From positions 4,340,001-4,404,000 of the forward strand of contig JASTWF010000034.1 in the NCBI GenBank assembly GCA_030390025.1: a stretch of 64,000 nucleotides of DNA, given 5' to 3'. Within the stretch, counting starts at the first letter, position 1; every line of letters begins with the position of its first letter. This document shows positions 31,701-47,580 of this stretch, piece by piece. The position numbers were made by a program, and so were the translations under genes. This DNA is from Squalus acanthias (taxonomy: Eukaryota). The notes beneath the pieces were generated by a model. That model had not been told where the DNA came from and did not search any database. It saw only the letters and a list, made by a program, of their open reading frames with translations.

Positions 31701-34700
31701 TACAGTTAATTTCAAATGGTGCCCTCTACACCGGGGAATAAAGTTACAGTCAATTGTTAATTTAGGCATGAAACACTCTACACCAGGGAGTAAATTTACA
31801 GTTAATTGTTAATTTGACATGATATCCTCTACACTGGGAAATAATGTTAAAGTTAATTGTTAATTTGACATGATGCCCTGTACACCGGGGAATAAAGTTA
31901 CAATTAATTGTTAATTTCGACATGATGCCCTCTGCACTGGGGAATAAAGTTACAGTTAATTGTTAATTTAGAAATGATACCTTCTCAACAGGGGAATAAA
32001 GTGACACTTAATCGTTAATTTAGACATGATACCTTCTCAACAGGGGAATAAAGTTACACTTAATTGTTAATTTAGACAGGATACCCTCTACATCGGGTAA
32101 TAAAGTTACTGTTAATGGTTAATTTGGCATCATAACCTCTACAGCGGAGAATAATTTTACAGTTAATTGTTAATTTAGATATGATATCCTCTACAGCACA
32201 GAATAAAGTCACAGTTAATTTTTAATTTGGCATGATATCCTGTACACAAGAGAACAATTTTACAGTTAGTTTTAAATTGACATAATATCCTCTACACCGG
32301 GGAATAAAGTTAATTTAATTGTTAATTTGGCATGATATACTCTACACTGGGGAAAAAAGTTACTTTTAATTGTTAATTTAGACATGATACCTAGTACAAT
32401 GCGTAATAAATTTACAGTTAATTATTAATTTTTACATGATGCCCTCTACACCGGTGAATAAAGTTACAGTAAATTGTTAATTTGACATCATAACCTCTAC
32501 AGCGGAGAATAATTTTACAGTTAATTGTTAATTTAGACATGATATCCTCTACAGCACAGAATAAAGTCACAGTTAATTTTTTATTTGGCGTGATATCCTG
32601 TACACAAGAGAACAATTTTATAGTTAATTTTTAATTGACATAATATCCTCTACACCGGGGAATAAAGTTAATTTATTTGTTAATTTGACATGATATACTC
32701 TACACTGGGTAAAAAAGTTACGGTTAATTGTTAATTTAGACATGATACCCACTACAATGCGGGATAAAGAAGCAACTAATTGTTAATTTTTACATGATGC
32801 CTTCTACACCGGGGGATAAAGTTACATTAAATTGTTAATTTGATATGATACCCTCTACACCGGGAAATAAAGTTACAGTTAATTGTTAATTTTTCATGAT
32901 GTCCTCAACACGCTGAAATAAAGTTACAGTTAATTGTTAATTTAGACATGATACCCTGTACACCAAAGAATAAACTTACTGTTAATTGTTGAATTTACAT
33001 GATACCCTCTAAACTGTGGAATAAAATTACCCTCAATAATCTCTATATTCGGGAATAATGATGCATTTAATTTGAAATGGAACCCTCTACACTGAGAAAT
33101 AAAGTTACAGTTAATTGTTAATTTGATATGATACACTCTGCACCGTGGAATATAGTTACAGTTAATTGCTAATTTTGACATAATATCCTTTACACCGAGG
33201 AATAAAGTTACAGTTAATTGTTAATTTTGACATAATGCCCTCTACACCGGGGAATAAGTTACAGTTAATTGTTAATTCGACATGATATCCTCTAAACCAG
33301 GGATTAAGGTTACAGTTAATTGTTAACTTAAACATCATACACATCACACCGAGGAATATAGTTACAGTTAATTGCAAATTTTGACATGATGCCCTCTACA
33401 CCGGGGAAAGAAGTTACAGTTAATTGTTAATTTTGACATGATGCCCTCTACACCGGGGAGTAAAGTTACAGTTAATTGTTCATTTGATATGATACCCTCT
33501 ACATCGGGAAATAAAGTTACAGTTAATTGTTAATTTTATATGATGCCCTCAACACCGGAGAATAAAGTTGAAGTTAATTGTTAATCTGTCATGATACCTT
33601 ATACACTGGGGAATAAAGTTACATGTAATTGTTAATTTGACATGATATCCTCTACACCGGGGAATAAAGTTACATTTAATTGTTAATTTATACATGCCAC
33701 CCTCTGCACCAGAGAATAAAGTTACAGGTAATTGTTGAATTTACATGATACCCTCTACACCGGGGAATAATTTAAAAGTGAATTTTTTTATCATGATAAT
33801 CTCTACACAGAGGAATAATGATACAGTTAATTTGAAATGATACCCTCTACACCGGGGAATAAAGTTGCAGTTAATTGTTAAATTAATATGATGCCCTCGA
33901 CACCGGGGAATAAAGTTACAGTTAATTGTTAATTTGCCATTATGCCCCCTACACCGGTCAATAAAGTTACAGTTAATTGTTAATTTCGGCATGATGCCCT
34001 CTACACTGGGGAATAAAATTACAGTTAATCGTTAATTAAGACATGATTCCCGGTATTCCAGGAAATGAAGTTACAGTTAATTGTTAATTTACACATGATA
34101 CCTTCTACACTGGGGAATAAAGTTACAGTTAATTGTTCATTTAGACAGGATTCCCTCAACACCGGGGAATAAAGTTACAGTTAATTGTTAATTTTGACAT
34201 GATTCCTGCTACATCGAGGAATAAAGTTACTGTTATATGTTGATTTGACACGATACCCTCTACATCAGTGAATATAGTTACCCTTAATATTTATTTTGAC
34301 ATGAAGCCCTCTACAACGGTGAATAAAGTTACAGTTAATTGTTAATTTCGATATGATGCCCTATGCAGCGGGGAATATAGTTACGTTTAATTGCTAATTT
34401 TGACATGATACCCTGTATACCGGGGAATAAAGTTACAGTTAATTGTTAATTTAGACATGATTCCCTGCACACCATAGAATAAAGTTACAGTCAATTGCTA
34501 ATTTTCACATGATATCCTCTACACTTTGGAATAATGTTACAGTTAATTGTTAATTATGCCATGATGCCCGCTACACTGGGGAATAAATATAAATTTAATC
34601 TTTGATTTGTCATGAAAACCTCTACACTGGGAATTAAGTTAAAGGTGATTATTAATTTTACATGATACCTTCTGCACAGGGGAATAAAGTTACAGTTAAT

Positions 34701-37700
34701 TGTTAATGTAGACATGATTCCCTGCACACCGGGGAATAAAGTTGCAGTTAATTGTTAATTTAGACATGATTCCCTCCACACAATGGAATAAAGTTTCAGT
34801 CAATTGCTAATTTTGACAAGATACCCTATGCACTGTGGAATAATGTTACAGTTAATTGCTAATTTTCAAATGAAGCCCTCTACACCGGGTACTAAAGTTA
34901 CAGTTACTTATGAATTTGACATGATACACTCTACACCGGGGAATAAAGTTAGAGTTATTTGTTAATTTGACATGATGCCCTCTAACCTGGGGAATATATT
35001 TAAAGTTATTTGTTAATTTGTGATGAAAACCTCTAAACTGGGGAATAAAGTTATAGTTGATTGTTAATTTTACATGATAACCTCTGCACTGGGGAACAAA
35101 GTTACAGTTGATCGTTATTTTTAAATGATAACCTCTACACCGGGGGATAAAGTTACATTAAATTGTAAATTTAGATATGATACCCTCTACACCGAGGAAT
35201 AAGATTACATTTAAATGTTAATTTGACATGATGCCCTCTACACCGGGGAATAAAGTTACAGTGAATTGTTAATTTAGAAATTATTCCCTCTAAACCGGGG
35301 AATAAAGTTACACTTAATTGTTAATTTGACATGATACACTCTACCCCTGGGAATGAAGTTACAATTAATTGTTTATTTGACATGATGCCCTCTACACCGG
35401 GGAATAAAGTTACAGTGAATTGTTAATTTAGAAATGATTCCCTCTAAACCGGGAAATAAAGTCACACTTAATTGTTAATTTGACATGATGCCCTCTACAC
35501 CGGGGTATAAAGTTTCAGATAATTGTTAATTTCGACAGGAGGCCCTCTACATTGGTGAATAAAATTACAGTTAATTTTTAATTTAGACATGATACCTACT
35601 AAACTGGGGAATAAAGTAAAAGTTACTTTTTAATTTGTCATGATGCCCTCTACACCGGGTAATATAGTTACGGTTAATTGCTAATTTTGACATGATACCC
35701 TGTATACCGGGGAATAACGTAACAGTCAATTGTTAATTTAAACATTATTCCCTGCACACCATAGAATAAAGTTACAGTCAATTGCTAATTTTGGCATGAT
35801 ATCCTCTACAATTTGGAATAATGTTACAGTTAATTGTTAATTTTGCCATGATACCCACTACACTGGGGAATAAATTTAAACTTAATTTTTAATTTGTCAT
35901 GATGACCTCTACACTGAGAATAAAGTTACAGATGATTGTTAATTTTACATGATACCTTCTACACTGGGGAATAAAGTTAAACTTGATTGTTAATTTTGCA
36001 TGATACCTTCTGCACAGGGGAATAAAGTTACAGTTAATTTTTAATTTAGACATGATTCCCTGCACACCGGGGAATAAAGTTATAGTTAATTGTTAATTTA
36101 GGCATGATTCCCTCTACACAATGGAATAAAGTTTCAGTCAATTGCTAATAATGACATGATACCCTGTACACTGTGAAATAATGTAACAGTTAATTGTTAA
36201 TTTTGACATGAAGCCCTCTACACCGGGAACTAAAGTTACAGTTACTTGTTAATTTGACATGATACACTCTACACTGGGGAATAAAGTTACAGTTGTTTGT
36301 TAATTTTACATGATACCCTCTACACTGGGGAACACAGTTACATTTGATTGTTAATTTTACATGATAACCTCTACACCGGGGAATAAAGTTACATTAAATT
36401 GTTAATTTAGATATGATACCCTCTACACCGCGAAATAATGTTACAGTTAAATGTTAATTTGACACAATTCACTCTACAACGTGGAATAAAGTTACAGTTA
36501 ATTGGTAATTCGATATGATACCCTCTAAACCGGGGAATAAAGTTACAGTTAATTGTTAATTTTATATGATGCCCTCAACACCGGGGAATAAAGTTTAAAT
36601 TATTTGTTAATCTGTCATGATACCCTCTGCACTGGGGAATAACGTTACATTTAATTGTTAATTTGACGTGATATCCTCTACACCGGGGAATAAAGTTACA
36701 TTTACTTGTTAATTTATACATGATACCCTCTGCACCAGAGAATAAAGTTACAGGTAATTGTTGAATTTACATGATACCCTATACACCGGGGAATAAAGTA
36801 AAAGCCAATTGTTAATTTGACTTGATACCCTCTGCACTGGGGAATAAAGTTAAAGTTAATTGTTAATTTCGACATGATACACTCTACACAATGGATTAAA
36901 TTAAAAGTCAATTTTTCATATGACATGATGCTCTCGGCACAGGGGAATAAAGTAATTGTCAATTGTTAATTTAGTCATGAAACCCTCTACAGCAGAGAGT
37001 AAATTTACAGTTAATTGTTAATTTGACATGATATCCTCTGCACTGGGGAATAATGTTAAATTTAATAGTTAATTTGACATGTTGCCTCTGCATCGGAGAA
37101 TAAAGTTACAGTTAATTGTTAATTTGACATTATGCCCTCTACACTGGGAAATAAAGTTACAGTTAATTGTTAATTTAAACATGATGCCCTCTACACTGGG
37201 TAATAAAGTTACAGTTAATAGTTAATTTAGGCATGATGCCTTCTACACAGGGGAATGCATTTACAGGTAATTGTTAATTTAGACATGATGCCCTCTACAC
37301 CGGGGAATAACGTTACTGTTAATTGTTAATTTAGACAGGATTCCCTCGACACCAGGGAATAAAGTTTCAGTTAATTGTTAAATTGACATGATGCCCTTTA
37401 CGCAAGTGAATATAGTTACACTTAATATTTAATTTGAAATGATGCCCTCTACACCGGGGAATAAAGTTACAGTTAATTGTTAATTTTATATGATGCCCTC
37501 TACACCGGGGAATAAAGCTAGGGTTAATTGTTAATTTGACGTGATATCCTCTACACTGGGGAATAATGTTAAAGTGAATTTTTAATTTGTCATGATACCC
37601 TTTTCACTGGGGAATACTGTACCAGTCAATTGTTAATTGTTAATTTAGACAGGATTCCCTCAACACCGGGGGATATAGTTACAGTTCATTTTTAATTTAG

Positions 37701-40700
37701 ACATGATACCCTCTACACCGGGGAATAAATTTACAATTAATTGTTAATTTTGACATGAAGCCCTCTACACCGGGGACTAAATTTACAGATAATTGTTAAT
37801 TTGACATGATAACCTCTACACTGGGGAACAAATTTAAAGTTAATTTTTAACTTGTCATGATAAACTCTACACTGGGGAATAAAGTTACAGTAAATTGTTA
37901 ATTTAAACATGATGCCCTCTGCAACGAGGAGTAAAGTTACAGTTAATTGTTAATTTGACATGATACCCTCTACACCGGGAATAAAGTTACTGTTAATTGT
38001 TAATTTAGAAATGATTCCCTCTACACCGGGGACAACAGTTACAGTTACTTGTTAATTTGATATGATACACGCTACACCAGGGAATAAATTTAGAGTTAAT
38101 TGTTAATTTGACATGATGCCCACTAAACTGGGGAATATATTTAAAGTTATTTTTTAATATGTCATTAAAACCCCAACACTGGGGAAGAAATTTTCATTTG
38201 ATTGTTAATTTTACATGATAACCTCTACACTGGGGAACAAAGTTACAGTTGATTGTTAATGTTACATGATAACCTCTACACCGGGGAATAAAGTTACATT
38301 AAATTATTAATTTAGATATGATACCCTCTACACCGAGGAATAAGGTTACAGTTAAATGTTAATTTGACATGATGCCCTCTACACCGGGGAATAAAGTTAC
38401 AGTGAATTGTGAATTTTGAAATGATTCCCTCTAAACCGGGGAATAAAGTTACAGTTAATTGTTAATTTTATATGATGCCCTCAACACCGGGGAGTAAAGT
38501 TTAAGTTATTTGTTAATCTGTCATGATACCCTCTGCACTGGGGAATAACGTTACATTTAATTGTTAATTTGACGTGATATCCTCTACACCGGGGAATAAA
38601 GTTACATTTACTTGTTAATTTATACATGATACCCTCTGCACCAGAGAATAAAGTTACAGGTAATTGTTGAATTTACATGATACCCTCTACACCGGGGAAT
38701 AAAGTAAAAGCCAATTGTTAATTTGACTTGATACCCTCTGCACTGGGGAATAAAGTTAAAGTTAATTGTTAATTTCGACATGATACACTCTACACCGGGG
38801 ATTAAATTAAAAGTCAATTTTTCATATGACATGATGCTCTCGGCACAGGGGAATAAAGTAATTGTCAATTGTTAATTTAGTCATGAAACTCTCTACAGCA
38901 GAGAGTAAATTTACAGTTAATTGTTAATTTGACATGATATCCTCTGCACTGGGGAATAATGTTAAATTTAATAGTTAATTTGACATGTTGCCTCTGCATC
39001 GGAGAATGAAGTTACAGTTAATTGTTAATTTGACATAATACACTCTACATCTGGGAATGAAATTACAGTTAATTGTTAATTTGAAATGATGCCCTCTACA
39101 CCAGGGAATACATTTACATTGAATTGTTAATTTAGACATGATTCCCGGTATTCCAGGGAATGAAGTTACAGTTAATTGTTAATTTGACATGATACCCTCT
39201 ACACTGGGAATAAAGTTACAGTTAAGTGTTAATTTAGTAATGTATCCCTCTAAACCGGGGAATAAAGTTACACTTAATTTTTAATTTGACACGATGCCCT
39301 CGACACTGGGGATTGCAGTTTCAGTTAATTGTTAATTTCGACAGGATGCCCTCTACATTGGTGAATAAAATTACAGTTATTTTTTAATTTAGACATGATA
39401 CCTTCTAAACTGGGGAACAAGTGAAAGTTATTTTTTTATTTGTCATGATAACCTCTACACTGGGGAATAAAGTTATAGTTGACTGTTAATTTGACATGAT
39501 TCCCTCTAAACCGGGGTATAAAGTTACATTAAATTATTAATTTAGACATATACCCTTTACATCCTGTAATAAAGTTACAATCAGTTTTTAATTTGACATG
39601 ATACTCCCTACATCTGGTAGTAAAGTTACAGTAAATTGTTAACTGAGACATGATACCCTCTGCACCGGGGAATAAACTTACAGTTAATTGTTAATTTAGA
39701 CAGGATTCCCACTACACCGGGGAATAAAGTTAGAGTTAATTGTTAATTTCGACATGATGCCATCTAGACTGGGAATAAATTTACAATTAATTGTTAATTT
39801 AGACATGATACCTTCTACACAGTTGAATAAAGTTACAGTTCATTGTTAATTTAGACATAATTCCTTCTACATAGGGGAATAAAGTTACAATTATATTGGT
39901 GAATAAAGTTAGTTAATTTTTAATTTAGACATGATACCTTCTAAACTGGGGAATAAACTGAAAGTTCATTTTTAATTTGTCATGATAACCTCTACACTGG
40001 GGAATAAAGATATAGTTGACTGTTAATTTGACATGATACCCTCTAAACCGGGGTATAAATTTACAGTGAATTGTTAATTTCGTCATGATACCCTCTACAT
40101 CGGGTAATAAAGTTACAGTAAATTGTTAAATGAGACATGATACACACTGGACCGGGGAATAAACGTACAGTTACTTGTTAATTTGACATGATTCACTATA
40201 CACCAGGGAGTAAAGTTACAGTTAATTGTTAATTTAGACATGATTCCTTCTACATCGGGGAATAAAGTTACAGTTAATTGTTAAATTGACATAATGCCCT
40301 CTACACCTGTGAATATAGTTACACTTAATATGTAATTTGAAAAGGATACCCTCTACAACGGGGAATAAAGTTACAGTTAATTGTTAAATTCGACATGATG
40401 CCATCTTGACTGGGGAATAAAGTTACAGTTAATTGTTAATTTAGACATGATACCTTCTACACAGATGAATAAAGTTACAATTAATTGTTAATTTAGAGAT
40501 GACTCCCTGCACACCGGGGAATAAAGTTTCAGCCAATTGCTAATTATGACATGAAGCACTCTACAACGGGGAAAAAAGTAAAAGTCAATTTTTAATTTGA
40601 CATGGTACCCTCGGCATCGGGGAAAAAGGAATTATCAGTTGTTAATTTAGGCATGAACCCCTCTACAGCAGGGAGTAAATTTACAGTTAATAGTTAATTT

Positions 40701-43700
40701 GACATGATATCCTCTACACTGGGGAATAATGTTTAGGTTAATTGTTAATTTGACATGTTGCCTCTGCATTGGAGAATAAAGTTACAGTTAATTGTTAATT
40801 TGACATTATGCACTCTACATCGGGGAATAAAGTTACAGATAATTGTTAATTTAAACATGATGCCCTCTACACTGATGAATAATGTTACAGTTAATTGTTA
40901 ATTTAGACATGATACCTTCTACACGGGAATAAAGTTACAGTTAATTGTTAATTTAGACAGGCACCCTCAACACCGGGGAATATAGTTACAGTTAATTGTT
41001 GATTTAGAGGTGATACCCTTTACATCGGGGGAATAACGTTACAGTTAATTGTTAATTTAGTCATAATTCCTTCTACTTCGGGGAATAAATTTACAGTTAA
41101 TTGTTAATTTGACATGTTGCCCTCAACACCAGTGAATATAGTTACACTTGATATTTAATTTGAAATGATGCCTCTACAACGGGGAATAAAGTTACAGTTA
41201 ATTGCTAATTTTGACATAATACCTTCTACACAGGGGAATAAAGTTACAGTTAATTGCTAATTTTGACATAATACCTTTTCACACCGTTTAATAAAGATAC
41301 AGTTAATTGTTAATTTAGACATGATACCCTGTACACCAGAGAATAAAGTTACAGTTAATTGTTGAATTGACATGATACCCTCTACACTGTGGAATATAGT
41401 TACAGTTAATTGATAATTTTGACATGATACCTTCTACAAAGGAGAATAAAGTTACATTTAATGGTTTATTTAGACATGATACCCTGTACACCGGGGAATA
41501 AAGTTACATTTAATTGTTGAATTGACATGAAACCGGGTACACTGTGGAATACATTTACAGTCATTATTTTAACATGATAATCTCTACACCGGGAAATAAA
41601 GTTACAGTTACTTGTTAATTTCGACATGATACCTTCTGCACAGTTGAATAAAGTTACAGTTAATTGTTAATTTGATATTATGCCCTCTAAACCAGGGAAT
41701 TAAGTTACAGTTAAGTGTTAATTTAAACATGATGCCCTCTACATCGGGGAATAAAGTTACAGTTAATTGTTAATTTAAACATGTTGCCCTCTATACTGGG
41801 GAATAAAATGACAGAAAATTGTTAATTGAGACAGGATTCCTTCAACACCGGGGAATATAGTTACAGTTAATTGTTAATTTAGACATAATTCCTTCTTCAT
41901 CGGGGAATATAGTTACAGTTAATTGTTAATTTAGACATGATACCCTCTACACCGGGAAATAAAGTTACAGCTAATTGTTAATTTGATATCATACCCTCTA
42001 CAACTAGGAATAAAGTTACAGTTAATTGTTAATTTAGACATGATGCCTTCTACAAAGGGGAATGAAGTTACATGTAATCGTTTATTTAGACATGATGCCC
42101 TCCACACCGGGGAATATAGTTACATTAAATTGATAATATTGCCATAATACCCTCTACACCGGGAAATTAAGTTACAATTAATTGTTAATTTAGACGGGAT
42201 ACCCTCTACACCGGGGAATAAAGTTATAGTTAATTGTTAATTTATACATGATACCCTCTGCACCATAGAATAAAGTTACAGTTAATTGGTAAATTGACAT
42301 GATACCATCTACACTGTGGAATAAAGTTACAGTCATTTTTTTAACATGGTAATCTCTACTCCGGGGAATAAAGTTACAGTTAATTGTTAATTTCGACATG
42401 ATACCCTCGGCACCGGGGAATAAAGTAATTTTCTATTTTTAATTTAGCAATGAAACCCTGTACACCAGAGAATAAAGTTACAGTTAATTGTTGAATTGAC
42501 ATGATACCCGCTACACTGTGGAATATAGTTACAGTCAGTTTTTTAACATGATAATCTCTACACCGGGGAATAAATTTACAGTTAATTGTTAATTTCGGCA
42601 TGATACAATCTACACCGGGGAATAAAGTTAATGTCAAATGTTAATTTGACATGATACCCTCGGCAGCGGGGAATAAAGTAATTGTCAATTGTTAATTTAT
42701 GCATGAAACCCTCTACAGCAGGGAGTAAATTTACAGTTAGTTGTTAATTTGACATTATGCAGTCTACATCGAGGAATAAAGTTACAGTTAATTGTTAATT
42801 TAAACATGATACCTTCTGCACAGGGCAAAAATTGTACTCTTAATTGATAAATTGATATGATACCCACTACACCGGAGAATATCGTTACAGTTAATTATTA
42901 ATTTAGACATAATTCCTTGTACATCGGGGAATAAAGTTACAATTAATTGTTAAATTGACATGATGCCCTCTACACCAGTGAATATAGTTACACCTAATAT
43001 ATAATTTGAAATGATGCGCTACACAACGGGGAATAAAGTTACAGTTAATTGTTAATTTAGACATGAGGCCCTCTACACTCGGGAATAAAGTTGCAGTTAA
43101 TTGTTAATTTTGAAATGATGCCCTCTACACCTGGGAATAAAGTTACAGTTAATTGTTCATTGGATATGATACCATCTACAACGGTTATAAAGTTACAGTT
43201 AATTGTTAATTTAGACATGATGCCCTCTCTACCGGGGATTAAAGTAGCAGTTCATTGTTAATATTGAAATGATGCCCTCTACAACGGGAAATTAAAATTG
43301 GAGTTAAGTGTTAATTTGAAATGATGACCTCTAACCGGTGAATAAAGTTGCAGTTAAATGTGAACTGAAACATCATACCCTTCACACCGGGGATTATTTT
43401 TACAGTTAATTGCAAATTTTGACAGGATGGCTTCTTCACCGAGGAATAAAGTTACAGTTAATTGTTAATTTTGAGATGATACCCTCAACGCCGGGGAATA
43501 AAGTTACAGTTAATTGTTAATTTGACATGATTCCCTCGACACCGGGGACTAAAGTTACAGTTAATTGTTAATTTGATATGATGCCCTCGACACCGGGGAA
43601 TACATTTACACATAATTGTTAACTTGGACATGATGCCCTCTGCATAGGGAATAAAGTTACAGTTATTTGTTAATTGAGACATGATAACCTCTACACTGAT

Positions 43701-45848
43701 AAATAAAGTTACAGTTGATTGTTAATTTTGCATGACATCCTCTACACCAGGGAATAAAGTTACAGTTAATTGTTAATTTAGACATGATACCTTCTACACA
43801 GGGGAATAAAGTTACAGTTAATTGTAAGTTTCGACACGATACCCTCTATATCGGGAATAAAGTTACTGTCAATTGTTAATTTAGACATGATTCCCTGCAC
43901 ACCATCGAATAAAGTTACAGTCAATTGCTAATTTTGAGATGATATCCTCTACCCTTTGGAATAATGTTACAGTTAATTGTTAATTTTGACATGATGCCCA
44001 CTACACTGGAGTATACATTTAAAATAAATTTTTAATTTGTCATGAAAACCTCTGCACTGGGAATAATGTTACAGTTGATAGTTAATTTTTCATGATATCC
44101 TCTACACCGGGGAATAAGGTTACAGTTAATTGTTAATTTTGACATGAAGCCCACTACACCAGCAACTAAAGTTGCAGTTACTTGTTAATTTGACATGATA
44201 CACTCTACACCGGGGAACACAGTTAGAGTTAATTGTTAATTTGTCATGATGCCCACCAAACTGGGCAATATATTTAAAGTTATATTTTAATTTGTCATGA
44301 AAACCTCTACACTGGGGAATAAAGTTACAGTTGATTGTTAATTTTAAATGATACCTTCTACACTGTGGTACAAAGTTACAGTTGATTGTTAATTTTACAT
44401 GATACCCTCAACACCGAGGAATAAGGTTACAGTTAAAAGTTTATTTGACATGAAGCCCTCCACGCCGGGGAATAAAGTTACAGTAAATTGTTAATTTAGA
44501 AATGAATCCCTCGAAACCGGGGAATAAAGTTACACTTAATTTTTAATTTGAAGTGATACACTCTACACCTGGGAATGAAGTTACAAATAATTGTTAATTT
44601 GACATGATGCCATCTACAACGGGGATTAAAGTTACAGTAAATTGCCAATTTAGAATTGAATCCCTCGAAACCGGGGAATGAAGTTACACTTAATTTTTAA
44701 TTTGACATGATGCCCTCTACGCCGGGGTATAAAGTTTCAGTTAATTGTTAATTTCGACAGGATGCCCTCTAGATTGGTGAATAAAATTACAGTTAATTTT
44801 TAATTTAGACATGATGCCTTCTAAACTGGGGAATAAAAATATTGTTGACTGTTAATTTGACATGATACCCTCTACATCGTGTAAAAAAGTTACAATCACT
44901 TTTTAAGTTTACATGATACTCCCTACATCGGGTAATAAAGTTACAGTAAATTGTTAACTGAGACATAATGCACTCTACATCGGGGAATAAACTTACAGTA
45001 AATTTTTTATTTGACATGATTCACTCTACACCAGGAAATAAAGTTACAGTGAATTGTTAATTTAGACATGATTCCCACTACACCGGGAAATGAAGTTACA
45101 TGTAATTGTTAATTTAACACGGCACCCTCTACACTGGGGAGTAAAGTTACAGTTAATTGTTAATTGAATCATGAAACCCTCTACACTGGGGAATAAATTT
45201 ACAGTTAATTGCTAATTTTGACATGATGCGCTCTACACCGGGAAATAAAGTTGCAGTTAAATGGTAATTGAGACATGATGCCCTCTACACCGGAGAATAA
45301 AGTTACAGTTAGTTTTTAACATAGACATGAGTCCCTCTACACAGGGCAAGGAAGTTACAGTTAGTTTTTAATTTAGACATGATACCCTATATACCGGGAA
45401 ATAAAGATAGAGTTAATTGTTAATTTGTCATGATGTCCTCTGCACCGGGTAAAAAAGTTACAGTTAATTGTTCATTTTATATATGATACCCTCTACACTG
45501 GGGAATACAGTTATAGTTAATTGTTAATTTAGACATGATACCTTCTACAAAGGGGAATAAAGTTACATTTGATGGTTTATTTAGGCATGATTCCCTCCAC
45601 ACCGTGGAATATAGTTACAGTTAATTGATAATTTTGATAAAAATACCTTCTACAAAGGGGAATAAAGTTACATTTAACGGTGTATTTAGACATGATAACC
45701 TCCACACCGTGGAATATAGTTACAGTTAATTGATAATTTTGACATGATACCTTCTACAAACGGGAATAAAGTTACATGTAATGATTTATTTAGACATGAT
45801 ACCCTCTGCACCGGGGAACACAGTTACAGTTAATTGTTGAATTGACAT

Positions 45849-46344
45849 ACATAGATACATAGATACATAGAAGATAGGAGCAGGAGTAGGCCATCCGGCC
45901 CTTCGAGCCTGCTCCGCCATTTAATGAGATCATGGCTGATCCTCCAATTCAGTATCCCGTCCCCGCCTTCTCTCCGTAACCCTTAACCCCTTTTGCCTGT
46001 AGAAATATATCTAATTCCCTCTTAAATATATTTAATGAGCTGGCGTACACTGCCCTCTGTGGCAATGAGTTCCACAGGTTCACCACCCTTTGAGTGAAGA
46101 AATTCCCCCTCATTTCTGTCCTAAATGGTTTAGCCCTTATCCTTAAATTATGTCCTCTAGTTCTGTTCTCACCCGCCAAGGGAAACATTCCTTCTGCATC
46201 TAGTCTGTCTAGACCTGTCAGAATTTTATACACTTCTATGAGGTCCCCTCTCAATCTTCTAAACTCCAGTGTGTACATCCCTAAACTACATAGTCTCTCC
46301 TCATAGGTCAATCCCGCCATTCCTGGTATCAGCCTGGTGAATCG
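45849..46344 (-). mobile_element. Young 5'-truncated CR1 insertion with 5-bp TSD GACAT
   Basis: Intact ORF 45949..46320; (TCTATGTA)n tail; gacat at 45844-45848 and 46345-46349; empty paralogous site at 51295. Confidence 0.95.
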
Positions 46345-47580
46345 GACATGAAACCGGGCACACTGTGGAATAAATTTACAGTCATTATTTTAACATGATA
46401 CTCTCTACACCGGGGAATAAAGTTACAGTTACTTGTTAATTTCGACATGATACCTTCTGCACAGTTGAATAAAGTTACAGTTAATTGTTAATTTGATATA
46501 AAGCCCACTAAACCAGGGAATAAAGTTACAGTTAATTGTTAATTTAAACATGATGCCCTCTACATCGGGGAATAAAGTTACAGTTAATTGTTAATTTAAA
46601 CATGATGCCCTCTATACTGGGGAATAAAGTTACAGCAAATTGTCAATTGAGACAGGATTCCTTCAACACCGGGGAATATAGTTAAAGTTACTTGTTAATT
46701 TAGACATAATTCCTTCCCCATCGTGGAATATAGTTACAGTTAATTGTTAATTTAGACATGATACCCTCTAAACCGGGGTATAAAGTTACATTTACTGGTT
46801 TATTTAGACATGATTCCCTTGACACCGGGGAATATAGTTACAGTTAATTGCTAATTTTGATATAATGCCCTCTACACCGGGAAATAAAGTTACAGTTAAT
46901 TGTTAATTTGATATCATACCCTCTACACTGGGGAATAAAGATAAAGTTAATTGTTAATTTGATATGATATCCTCTACACCTGGGAATAAAGTTATAGTTA
47001 ATTGTTAATTTAGACATGATACCTTCTACAAAGGGGAATAAAGTTACAGTTAATTGTTAATTTGATATGATATCCTCTACACCTGGGACTAAAGTTATAG
47101 TTAATTGTTAATTTAGACATGATGCCTTCTACAAAGGGGAATGAAGTTATATTTAATGGTTTATTTAGACATGATGCCCTCCACACCGGGGAATATAGTT
47201 ACAGTAAATTGCTAATATTGCCATAATACCCACTACACCGGGAAATAAAGTTACAGTTAATTGTTAATTTAGACGGGATACCCTCTACACCGGGGAATAA
47301 AGTTACAGTTAATTGTTAATTTATACATGATATTAACTGCACCATAGAATAAAGTTACAGTTAATTGGTAAATTGGCATGATACCCTCTACACTGTGGAA
47401 TAAAGTTACAGTCATTTTTTTAACATGGTAATCTCTACACCGGGGAATAAAGTTACAGTTACGTGTTAATTTCGACATGATACCTTCTGCACAGTTGAAT
47501 ATAGTTACAGTAAATTGATAATATTGCCATAATACACTCTACACCGGGAAATAAAGTTACAGTTAATTGTTAATTTAGAC

